A stretch of 63,542 nt of DNA, the filler included, from Folioceros fuciformis (Eukaryota): the NCBI GenBank assembly GCA_049999805.1. It is 11 parts of 11 records of this genome, joined end to end, with 100 filler letters (N's around TTAATTAATTAA, not from the genome) between each part and the next. Parts side by side here need not be neighbours in the genome. Positions count along the whole stretch, not along the records: positions 52,293 to 62,096 come from JBNGIO010004978.1; positions 62,197 to 63,542 come from JBNGIO010004980.1; 9 more parts are not named here. One strand, given 5' to 3'. The notes below the pieces were generated by a model, which was given only the letters and a program-made list of their open reading frames with translations, was not told the origin of the DNA and made no database searches. Both the position numbers and the translations under genes were made by a program. This document shows, in pieces, positions 52,293-63,542 of this stretch (position 1 is the first letter of the stretch; every line of letters starts with the position of its first letter).

Positions 52293-54690
52293 CTGTGATG
52301 CCTCGACCTCCTATGATGCCCATACTTCCGGTTCTGCTTCCTCTTCTCTCTGCTCAACTCCGACAGCTCAAAATCTTCAGCAGCCTTCAAAGCGTCCTGC
52401 AAAGTGGTCACACACCTCTCATGCAGTAGGTTGCCATCCGATCGGGCAGTCCTCCAGCAAACCAATCCAAAGCTTGAGCATCCGTGTACCCTGGAGTATT
52501 CGGACCTCCTGGAACAACTGGCCTGCCACGTGGGATCCTATCCACATAGCTGTAGAACCTCTCAATGTAATCATAGAGATCCTCCTTCCTTCCTCGCTTC
52601 AAAGTCCTCAACCTCGCGTAGGTGTGATGGCCATGGCTGAGACCTTGAAACCTGGTCAAGAAATCGTCCTTCAGGCTGTCCCAATCCACTGGTGGTGTCA
52701 CTCCATACGTCCGGCTATACCACTACTAAGCTTGTCCTCTCAGCAAACCTGGAAAGATCCTCAAACGATCAGCTGTAGTGTCCTCCATGTTGGCACGAGA
52801 CACATGCTCCAACGTCCTTAGGAAGGATTCAACATCCTCCCCTCCTCTCTTGTCTTCAAACTTCACGTATTGCTGACGACTATGAATAGAAGCAGCCATC
52901 CTTGCAGCAACTCCTCCACCCACTTGGCCGATACTTGACGTAGGAAGTATAGCCCCTACTGAAACCACTACGGGGGCTGACAATGGAACAATGGCCGGCA
53001 AGGGGTTGGGCTAACCACCAACAAGTGACTGCAAGCTATCCAGCAATGATACCACGACTGAAGTATCACCTAGAGTTGACTGCAAAGCACTCGACTGTAA
53101 CACAGACTCCCTCTCAACACGACCCACTTGTTGGTTGTAAGACTCCTTCCTGCAACCGGATGTAATACCAACCTCCTGGATGTCACGCTCTCCGTCAATC
53201 GACCCTTCAGATTCGTGCTCTCCACTTGACCAAGGCAGCTCCTCCTCCACAAGGGTGCTAGCCTTAGGGGTCAAGCTACTCTCCCCTCTCAACAAATTCC
53301 TCCTTGTTGCACGTAGATCCGTAGGTGAAGGGGGTTACAGCTACTCTCCCTCTACCAGTTCTGCGATCACCTCTTCCACCAGACATCTACAGGACAACTT
53401 AGACTCTCCATCCGATCAGCAAAAGAAACTACCAAGGCGCTCCCCAGCAACGGCGCCAAAAATGTGGAGGCAAAACCCCGGGCACTGATTGCCGACGGGT
53501 TCCACCTTTAGTGGCCACACTTATCCCATTATCGTTGAGACATTGGATTCTGTTCCCACGAAGGAGCGATGAGGTTCCTTGCTGCTGTGGATGGAGGGTC
53601 GGACTCAATCGACTTGATGATGGATTCGAGGGCTCCCCTCCAGCTCTGATCAGGCGTAGGACAGGCCTTGCTGTCCAGCAGTCAGCTGCACCTCTCTTGG
53701 TGCCCACAAACTCACTCCAGTCACTACAACGACCCTGACCTCTCAGATTTGTGACTTCCCTCACTCACTTTACTCACTCTCTCACTCCAGCACCAACACC
53801 ACCAACTAACAACGACACCACTACCTTCTACACTTCCCTATTGACTCCTCCTACCCGGCAAGAGTCACTAGACTAACCCCAAAGAAGAGAAAGAAGGGAA
53901 CACACTCTCCCCCCCCCCTTCCCCCTCGGATATCTCCTGTCCACAACCTTACCAGACGCCATGAAACATGGCCAGCCTACAGCACTTGTCCAAACAGGGA
54001 ACAAGAGTGGACAGGTCGAGAGAAAAACGCATCCTTTACAATCAAGAGCTAGGGGCAAGCCCCTTCACCCTAGTCATTACACCTTGTGATCCTTGAAGGA
54101 TTGGAAAGGGAGCCACATGATGAAGGAGAAGAGGAGAGGAGAGGAGGAGAGGAGAAAGAGAGGTCTCATAGTGTCTCTCACAGCTCTATTGCAAAGGGAG
54201 CTCAAGAGGGTATTTATACCCTCTAGAAAAGCTCCCAAGGAAGCTTCACAAGAAGCTCACATGAAGCTTCACAAGAAGCTCACAGGAAGCTATGCAGGAA
54301 GCTTCCTAAAAATTAGCTTAAGCTAATCTAAACTAATGATACTTAATTAGACACTAATATTAGACTAATCACATTAGTCTAATTAGACTAATCACATTAG
54401 TCTAATTAGACTAATCACATTAGTCTAAGCACATTGGGCTTTAATAACCCTATGGCCCGGTACCGGACCTAAACTTTCCCAGGTCCGGAACCAGACCTGT
54501 ACCCACTTTAATAACCAAACCAACTATTCCCTAGTCAATTAACCCAATTAGCACAAAGAGAAATAGGAAAAATGACCAAAAAAATAAAGAAAAAATTAGG
54601 AAAAAGAAGTAGAAAAAGAAAGCCAAACCATAGCACTATCAACCCTTTTTCAACCAAAACAAACTACTACCCCAAACTTTGGAGGTTCAT
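52293..54690 (-). mobile_element. Athila-like family A 5' end: LTR about 54690-53463, PBS about 53441-53458, gag from about 53385 (intron-containing version)
   Basis: Reverse complement of the 34547-35590 copy with two extra GT-AG segments. Confidence 0.9.
54094..54454 (-). repeat. Solo copia LTR (same family as 32703-32994) nested in the family A LTR
   Basis: Reverse-complement match, e.g. ctctagagggtataaataccctcttgagctccc, with an expanded attagactaatcacattagtcta palindromic repeat. Confidence 0.8.
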
Positions 54691-54954
54691 ACTTCATCCC
54701 ATTTCTTTGCCTGATTCTAGTTCTTATCACTATGGTGCCCATGCCAGTCATGTCCTGCTTGGCTGTTCATCTCTTGTACCCTTACATCCCCCATTTTTCA
54801 CTCTTGCTCTATCAATTAATCATATCCTTTTGGACAACAGATCTTTGTGAACTGTGCTTATCTTTGAGAGGCCATGGAAGGGCATCCCCAATTTTTTACT
54901 CTTGATCTATCAATTAATCATATCCTTTTTTACAACAAACCTTTGTATCAAGGT

Positions 54955-57900
54955 CTAACCCAAACGGTCATTTTCCATGAAGCACATTTGGTGCACATTT
55001 GAATTTACACCATCCTAGTTACATATCCACATTTTAGCCTTTTTTTCAAATACCACTTATATTGACGTGTGGTGAACATAATCGATCTCCACACATTTGC
55101 TTCAAGCCCACAACCAAGTGGTACATAAACCCTTCAAACTCCAAAACTTTGAGAAATAAAAGAATCTTACTTTCGGTGCGCCGGTCTACCAGCGCTCTAA
55201 AGTGTATGTTTGAAGGACAGGAAACTGGCTATCTACATCCCATGGATGTAAAAACGAAATAGTCATTTTTTTTCTTAATCATAATATACCATCCACTTCC
55301 ACTACTCTCAAAATCAGCTTTAAACAAAACCATGAACGTCTTGATTGGCCTCGGAATCGACTACAACATCTATGTCTTTAAGTCGCTGGCCCTCTATGTC
55401 TCCAAAGTTGTCCCCCTCCACATCTAGAACAGAGAAATGCGGGTTGTCCACAATCTCAGGCGAAATTGTTCCATTCTCATCCCATATAGTCATAGCATAA
55501 AGGTCTTCCGCTGGTTTGTCATCCGATTGTGAAAAAATCTCTCCTTTGTTTCCCAACAAACTGAATACCTGCATCTGACGATCCATGCTACCATCCGCGC
55601 AGACTTCTTTGGCCCAAAACTTTGTGGGCCCGTGCGAGAAATGCTCTGTACTGATCTCCTCATCAGAGTCTGGCAAAGAGCCTATGCCATTCACCCGCTA
55701 CATGATGTAAGTGGTACATGGATCATCAAATCTTATAAGTGGATCGTCGGATCTTATCAGATGGATTTTCACAGAAAGCAACAAAAAACGCCCATTTCGG
55801 ACACAGTAGCTAGGCTGCGCCGATCTACCGGCACACTCTGGCCATTTTCACAGAAAGCAACAAAAAATGCCCATTTTGGACACAGTAGCTAGGCTGCGCC
55901 GGTCTACCGGCGCACCCCTTCCATAATGTATAACCCATTACGGAAAAATGGCCAAAGTGCGCCAATCTACTAGTGCACCCCTTCAGTAATGTATAATGCA
56001 TTATGGAAAAATGGCCGGAGAGCACCAGTCTACCGGCGCACTCTGGCCATTTTTCTACAATGCGCTATTAAACAGTGCATTCCAGAGATTTGGGCAGAGT
56101 GCGTCGGTCTGCCGACGCACTCCAGCCATTTTTCCGCAATGCGCTGGAAGACAGCGCATTCCAAAGAAATCAGCTGGAGTGCGCCGGAAGACCGGCGCAC
56201 TCCACAAAACTAGGAGAAGTGCGCCGGTAGATGAGCGTACTCCAACCAACATGCTCAAAAACATCTTCAGAAAAGCAAGCGTACCACTTTTGTGAAGGAG
56301 GTTTGGAAGTTGAGTAGATGTGCGTCTTCTGTGTGCTTGGGATACAAGACTTCCGCTTCCTCAAATGTTGCGCACTTCAAAGCCATCCGGAAAGCATGTT
56401 GTATCAAATGTATCTTTTTCTTCTTCCCTACCTCTGTGTCCATGTGTTTTAGGTGTAGCTTGCCCTGGATAACCTTTTGCGTCATAGCTATAAGCATTTC
56501 CTCGCCTTTAACCCATGTTGGGACTCCTTGAAAAGCCCTCCAAGGCCTTCCTTGCATAGCTGCAACCTTCTTCGATGACTCATATGACATTTGCGCACTA
56601 CTGCAAGTGAGTCCAGCTTCCCCAGGTTTCCTATTGCTTTTGCACGTTTCTTTGTCCTAGAGCTTCCTCCTACTATCTGTTCAGGGAGCTCACTCCTCTC
56701 GCACATTCAGAATATCATGTCTACGTTTTCCCACAAGATCCCACTACACCTAGCCACATGATATAGTAATGTCTGCTTGTCTACCATTTTTTGCACCCAA
56801 TCAGTGTCCCGAGGGTCTCTTCCTTCATCCATCATTCCAAGCAACCTGTACAAGTTGAACTTCCACTTCAAAGGGGGCTTCTCATCCACGCCATGTTTTC
56901 TATAAAAGATATCAAGCTCGTCGTGGATATACCGAACTTGCTCAATGAAGCCCATTCTCTTATCTGATATACCTTATGATCCACTGCGAGCACTCTCATT
57001 TCCTCATCTGATAGTCCTGCATATACATGCCCCTCCATCCATTCATACTTGTCTTCAGCTGGGTACACGTCGGGAGTATTGTACAGATGAATATTGGTCG
57101 CCAGACGAGGGTTTCGAGTTTCTCAAGCATATTCCGGACACAAATATCAAAGCTGCTCCATTTATACATCTACAATCCAGGAGCAAAAGACATAGGACAG
57201 TTCCGGACAACGTGCTTGAATATCATCTAACACAAATCAGATCAAAATTGGAGCTGAGATTAGGACAACACTTAGGAGCAGGCGAGAACTTGTGGTGGGA
57301 TGGGTTTTGGGCAGAGCAAGAGGCTATCGTGCATTCACTCAACTCTGGTGTAGACAAAGACCTTGATTCTCCTTGGTGATGGTATAATCGAGAGGTGGCA
57401 GAATTATTGAACGCACCCATAACTGTTTCGGACGAAATCGTTGTTTATAATCCACAAATCCAAGAGATTCCCAAAAGAAACATGTATGTGGGTGCATACC
57501 GTAGAGAGGCGGAACTCAGTGACAACTGCGAAAGTTTGAACGGAGACATAGCAAAAATAGAAAAAGGGCATATGATTGCTGCTGTCCCTTGCAAGATTGA
57601 TGAAGACAATAGGCCATTTTGGATTGCCAAAGTCTTAGAGGCTGATGTTACATGCAAAAAACCATATGTGAAAGTGCATTGGTGGGTCACCAAATGTTCA
57701 GGTGCTTTTGAGGGTCATTACCAAGAAGAGATGATTTTACCACATGAAGATCTAGCAAGAGGGTTACGAGGAGGTCGCAGACGCAGGCCAAGCAGAAGAC
57801 TTTGGAAGCATATGGATACATTATTGATTGAAGACACTTTCATTCTAGCATATGGATTTGATTTGACACGCCAAAAATAGCTTCCCTCCTGCATGAGGAC

Positions 57901-58496
57901 CCTAATTTGCAGAAACCTATACGTCCTCAATCGCAACCAAGATACACTGCCGTCTGAAAATAATGAAAACTTGTTAGACATTTAGATAAAAGTATTAAAT
58001 ACAAACTGGTATGATAACTTTTGTATGGAGCGGCAGACAATTTTCGCTTTCCAATTGCCATATATGTGACTTTGGTAGTGTGTGCCAGTCTACCGGCGCA
58101 CTTCAACTTGATTTAGGCTGGTTGACTTGCAGTCTATCCCGCTACCCTTTTTGGAAAATGCAAACAGACATCGACGGGTGATAATTTTCAAGAATAGGGT
58201 CAAATGATATGAGGTATAGCTCAAACACACAGGACCTTACATGGAATTGGATAACACCTGAATTAAGTGATACCCACCATATTACGAGGTTTTGTCATGT
58301 ATTTGAATGCAAGGACACCCGCAAATTTGCTTATACTTTCAAAAAAATTGATGTTTATGTTTGTACACAACACTCTTTTCTGCCACATTTATGCATCCTT
58401 GGACAAAAACGCATGAAAATGCAAATATCTGACACAAATTTTGAGCATCAAAATTTTGCGAAGCCCGAAATGGCGAAATCCGCCCGTCTGGGTTAG
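54955..58496. mobile_element. Putative TIR DNA transposon-like element with degenerate divergent ORFs
   Basis: ctaacccaaacgg at 54955 versus ccgtctgggttag ending at 58496 (12/13 inverted match). Internal palindromic repeats. ORF pieces at 55320-55694(-), 56267-57068(-) and 57395-57880(+). Confidence 0.4.
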
Positions 58497-58499
58497 GCA

Positions 58500-59400
58500 T
58501 TGTTAGAGATCCAATTTCACTTTATCCACCAAGTAGTGGAAACAGGAGTTATCAAGTTGCAATATGTTCATACATCAGACAACTTTGCAGACCTGCTGAC
58601 TAAGGGCCTCCCAAAAGCTACACATGAGCAACATAGAAGCTCCCTAGGCTTAAGAAGTACAAGGACTTATCTTAACCAACAGTAACATGGGCTCATGTCA
58701 GAGTAGCAGAAACGACTAAGCTAGGATGCCACAGCAGAGTTTGGGCATACTCGCAAGGCACAATCTCTGTGTGTGATGCACAAGACTATCTCTACACACA
58801 CACATATCATAAGCAGCTGTCAGTTTTGGATAAAGCATAAAGGTAATACAATCAGGACCAATTGCCCTCATCACCCTTTTTTTTTTTGCTTCTTCAGTAC
58901 CCCTGCTGTAGACTGTGGTTTCGTCGTCCAGAAGCGGTAGCTTGCACGTTGCCATGAAGACAGCCCACTCAGCTTCTCTCGCCACCCTGATGCAAGAGCA
59001 AGAAGGTTCTAGTGGCCTCTATCTTCTCCCCGGGACTTCAACTCCAGGTCTCTCCAGCAGCAAGCGCCTTCTCCTCACAGCAACCTTTGAATGGCATCTC
59101 CCGCTTTCCTTGTGGTGTCGCGCCTCAAGCTTAGTAGGCATAAGGATCCAACAAGCTAGCAGTATCGCGATTGCGAGCTCTAACAGGTGCGCAATGAATA
59201 GCAAGCAAGGACCTACCATGGAGTTCCAAGCTGAGCAGTTTAGTCTCACAATGCTGTTCGTGGAGATAGCATCTACACCTCTGGCCACTCTAAATTGGAT
59301 AATCCCTTTTTAGTTAGGTATGAGGGGGAGTATTGGGATCCCATTAGGGTTTCCAGATTCTAACTCAACGGATATTCAACTTAAGTTTATAGAACAACGT
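58500..59400 (+). mobile_element. Ty1/copia 3' end: RNase H tail, ~640-bp extra region, PPT 59322-59330, LTR start
   Basis: EIQFHFIHQ..YVHTSDNFADLLTKGL, then gagggggag followed by tattggg. Confidence 0.75.
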
Positions 59401-59609
59401 TTATATTAAGGTCATAAAATGGTTACACACAAAAACTCCTTTATAGTCTCTTGACCACTTATGGAAGTTATCTTTCATGCCTCTCTTGCTCTCGCTCTCT
59501 AATGCTCTCGTACATGTCCCAGTTGATGGTGCATTGCTGCTGAATACCACTTTAGCTAACAACATAACTAACGCTAACAAACAAGCTTATGAATAGCTTA
59601 TTTTTTTGT

Positions 59610-61049
59610 AACACTCCCTCTTAAGCTAGAAACAAGGCCCAGGTGGAACGCCAAGGCCAGGCAATTTGAGAGGCATTAAGACTTCATCCGCGTGGCTTGG
59701 CAAAGATGACTTGCTTGTGACGGATGGATGCTACAATGCTCCCTTTGAAAGCTAAGCCTTTGCTTCAACTTCTAGTTCTGATAAATTGCAGTGAGAAGTC
59801 AATAAGACGTAGCTTCTGCATATACTAATAGTGGCACAACTTAGGTAAGCCGTTAGTCAATATATGTGCAACATTGTCCTCAGTAGAGACATAGGTGGCC
59901 TTGACTACACCCCGCTCAACAACATCACAAACGTAATGGTGCTGAATCTCAATGTGCTTTGTCCTGGCGTCAAACTTAGGGTTTGCAACCAAGGCCAGAG
60001 TTGACATGTTGTCGCAATGTAGGGGCATGGGAGAATCCTGCTTCTGGTCTATGTTTGTGAGGAAGGATCTTTCCCACTTTGGCTCCTTAGCAGCATCAGT
60101 GAGTGACCTATACTACGCTTTAGTGGAGGAGAAGGCAATGGAGGGTTGCTTCTTGCAACTCCAATTCACTGCTGTTCAGGACAAGAGGAAAGAGTGGGCG
60201 GTAAGACTTTTACGCAAGTCGTGATTGAAGGCCCAATATGAGTCAGTATACTCTGTGAGTACCAACTTTCTTGTGCCTTGACTCTTGTAGGCTAGGCCAT
60301 AAGTGAGGGTCTCCTTAAGATAGCGGAATATCCTCTTGACTGCTGCCCAGTGAGCCCTTTCGGGTGATTCCATGAATTGAGATGTTGTGGAGACGGAGTA
60401 CTAGATGTTAGACCTGGTCCATCCACTTACAAAAATAAGACTACCAACAATATGACGGTAGGGGACGGATTCCATCTCCTTGGCCTCTTTTGCTATTTGT
60501 GGGCATTGGTCTGTTATGAGCTTTGTGCCTATAGTGTAGGGGGTGCTAACAGGTTTGGCTTGGTCTAACGTAAACCTTGCAAGAATTTCCCTTATATACT
60601 TGTACTGATGAATGATCAGGCTGCCCTGGGCTCTATCTTTGAGAATCTAAATTCCTAGGCAAAATTGCAATTCCCGATGTCTTTCATATCAACCGTGCAC
60701 TAAGCAATTGCTTGACCTCTCCTAGCAAAGCTGGGCTGTTTGTTGCAAGGATAAGGTCATCCACATAGAGAGCAAGGAGCAAGAAGTGCGGTCCTTGGGA
60801 GAGCTTGTAAACATTTCCATTTGCCAAACTTTGCACAAAGGAGTGCATGGTAGTGTACCAGACGCGGCCGCTCTGCTTGAGGCCATAAATGCACTTCTTC
60901 AATCTCAGGACCTTAAGTAGGAATTGCTTGCTAACATATCCCTTAGGTTGATCCATATAGAGCTCTTCATCAAGTGCTCTGTAGAGGAATGTTGTGCAAA
61001 CATCCATCTGGTGTAAACCCAGATCCAACTTTGCAGCCAGAGATGTCAA
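59610..61049 (-). mobile_element. Degenerate Ty1/copia RT-RNase H with PPT near 59613-59621
   Basis: HQMDVCTTFL, YGLKQSGRVW, LYVDDL, YTDSYWA, CDNMST..ARTKHIEIQHH. Confidence 0.9.
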
Positions 61050-62635
61050 GACGTGTTAAGCTGTGCTGGCAGTTAACCTAGTTGTTAGTTAAGACGTAAA
61101 ATAGGGTCAGCTGACAAACATGTTTAGGCTAATGTGTTTAGTACTGGTAACCAATTGCAAGGTAGTCTTCATGCTTGAGCAACGAGGTGGAAGAATGGTC
61201 GGACCAACCTGATCACGTGAATGCGCATTGGTTTGAGAAGGAGCGTGAATGAGACACTGAAGAGGAGTGCAACACTAGTGTGAAGTGCGTGGCTCGCGAG
61301 AGGTGCATCATCAGAGCGAGGTGCTACGTAGTAGCTAAGTGCAAAGCAATCGGGGGAAACCTCAGTTGTGAGAAGTCTTTCCGGTTGACCAGACTTAGCG
61401 CCGCCGAGGTTCTCCTGACGTTGCTGATGGAAACCCACATACAAGAATATAGTATCAAGACTTTCTGCGTTCTCAAAAGCTGAATGATTGATGTCGGCAC
61501 AAGCCGAGCTTCCAAAGTCCTGCGTCCAGGGTCACGCTCTGAGGATCCGAGAGTGGGTGTGCTTGTGTTTGTTGATGGTGCTGCTTGTCGGTGTGCTCGT
61601 AAGGGAGATGACTTACCTCAGCTCACGTTTTTGTGTTGCCCGATCGCTGAGAGTGCGTGTTGGGTAGCCTAGGGATTAGCCACTGGTGATTGCCGTGACT
61701 ATCGTGGTGGATACTGAGGCCTAAATTAGGGATGACTCGAATGACGTGTGCGTTGTGTGCCGTCTGCGAGTTCCTTCAAACTTCAATTGAATTTACTTCT
61801 CACAACTAATGTTTGTGCCTTGGCTGATTGCTAGGGTCTCAGGATAGGGACGTCAGCTGATGCAAGCAGCTGACAGGTTTTGCTGATCACGGCTGTGAAG
61901 ACTTGTGCTTGAAGTGATACATGTGTCTAGGGTACACCCTTGGACAGACTGTTTGGGCAAAGGATTCATAGTATGTGGTTCATGCTTGTTGATTTTGTAA
62001 ATAAAGCGGAAGCTCTCGTGTACACGAAACAAGTGCACAAGCAAGAATAAATTTAATTAAGACAAAGTATGCTTAAATACAAAAATGTCCGTGTAANNNN
62101 NNNNNNNNNNNNNNNNNNNNNNNNNNNNNNNNNNNNNNNNTTAATTAATTAANNNNNNNNNNNNNNNNNNNNNNNNNNNNNNNNNNNNNNNNNNNNTAGA
62201 GAAGATCAAATGCAGTACTGGTGAGGCCTAGTTCGCTAAATCACCTACAATGGCTTGAGTGACCAATAATGAAGAGGAAATTATTCCAAATCCCCCATTA
62301 GGTAATGATAATGCTAACACCTCATTGCATTATCATTAAAGTAACATCTTCAAAGGGAAAGACAGATTCAATGGAAAAGACTGAAATATGGGCATTGAGA
62401 ATGCAAGGAGCCTTACAACAAAGAGACCTTTGTGGCATTGTTGATTTTATCAATTCCAAGACTAGAAAATTGATTTGAACGTGATCTTCAACCTTCATAG
62501 AACGCTGTAGAGGAAAAAAACTTTCGGAACTCCCATTTTGAGAGACAGAATACACAGGTTTTGATTTTTTTCTTGTGAAAGTGTGAGTGAAACCGCTTAG
62601 CTTGAGAATAAGACTTGGGTATTTATACCCAAAGT

Positions 62636-63542
62636 CTCCTTCCTACGTCAAGTATCAGCCAAGTGGGTGGAGGAGTTGCTGCAAGGATGGCTGCTCCTAT
62701 TCACAGTCGTCAGCAATACGTGAAGTTTGGAGACAAGAGAAGAGGGGAGGATGTTGAATCCTTCCTAAGGACGTTCGAGCATGTGTCTCGTGCCAACATG
62801 GAGGACACTACAGCTGATCGTTTGAGGATCTTTCCAGGTTTGCTGAGAGGACAAGCTCAGCAGTGGTACAGCCGGACGTATGGAGTGACACCACTAGTGG
62901 ATTGGGACAGCCTGAAGGACGATTTCTTGACCAGGTTCCGAGGTCTCAGCCATGGCCATCACACCTACGCGAGGTTGAGGACTTTGAAGCGAGGAAGGAA
63001 GGAGGATCTCTATGACTACATTGAGAGGTTCTACAGCTATGTGGATAGGATCCCACGTGGCAGGCCAGTTGTTCCGGGAGGTTCGAGTACTCCAGGGTAC
63101 ACGGATGCTCAGCTTTGGATTGGTTTGCTGGAGGACTACCCGATACGATGGCAACCTACTGCACAAGAGGTGTGACCACTTTGCAGGAGGCTTTGAAGGC
63201 TGCTGAAGATTTTGACCTTTCGGAGTTGAGCAGAGAGAAGAGGAAGCAGAACCGGAAGTATGGGCATCATAGGAGGTCGAGGCACCACAGCCCATCTTCC
63301 TCTTCAAGGTCGAGGTCACCGTCTCACTCCGATCCGGATTATGACAGCCTTGTGTCGGATCCTTACACCGATGAGGAGTCCGATAAGGCTTATGAGAAGA
63401 GGATGAGGAAGGATCTGGAGAAAGCACGCAAGAGGCGCGAAGAGGATGAGGATCGTCGAGCTGAGAAGGACAAGAGAGGCAAAGGATCCTATAGGATGGA
63501 GAGAGGCGAACCGTCCTCAAGTGGTGGAGGACTGACCAGTCA
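62636..63542 (+). mobile_element. Third Athila-like family A gag copy (5'-truncated, frameshifted)
   Basis: Nearly identical to about 34937-35842. Confidence 0.92.

Noticed and set aside
55810-56240. Spaced palindromes as a CRISPR array
   Set aside because: Repeats are degenerate, spacing is irregular, the intervening sequences resemble each other, and there are no cas genes.
61054-62096. TG-starting segment interrupting the copia RT
   Set aside because: Probably another LTR or leader, but no PBS, second terminus or domain is visible to support a call.

Overview
Eukaryotic plant genomic DNA, not prokaryotic. It consists of 11 contigs joined by an artificial 100-nt spacer (N44-TTAATTAATTAA-N44), so adjacency across spacers is not necessarily biological. 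A PLS-class PPR gene ending in a DYW:KP domain with a C-terminal GRP points to a seed-free land plant with U-to-C organellar editing, most likely a hornwort (inference). Most of the window is nested, decayed retroelements: several Ty1/copia, Athila-like and chromoviral Ty3/gypsy, and two non-LTR RT remnants. Host genes are the PPR-DYW:KP(GRP) editing factor, an apparently intact 8-exon HAK/KUP/KT potassium transporter and a decayed SBE3 starch branching enzyme copy. Three observations stand out. (1) A Ty3/gypsy polyprotein carries a DNMT3-like C5 cytosine methyltransferase between protease and RT. (2) Two copies of one Athila-like gag differ by precise loss of two GT-AG introns. (3) One Athila-like family appears to have a ~4.6-kb LTR containing a long ORF. 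There is also a putative TIR DNA element with an array of palindromic motifs.
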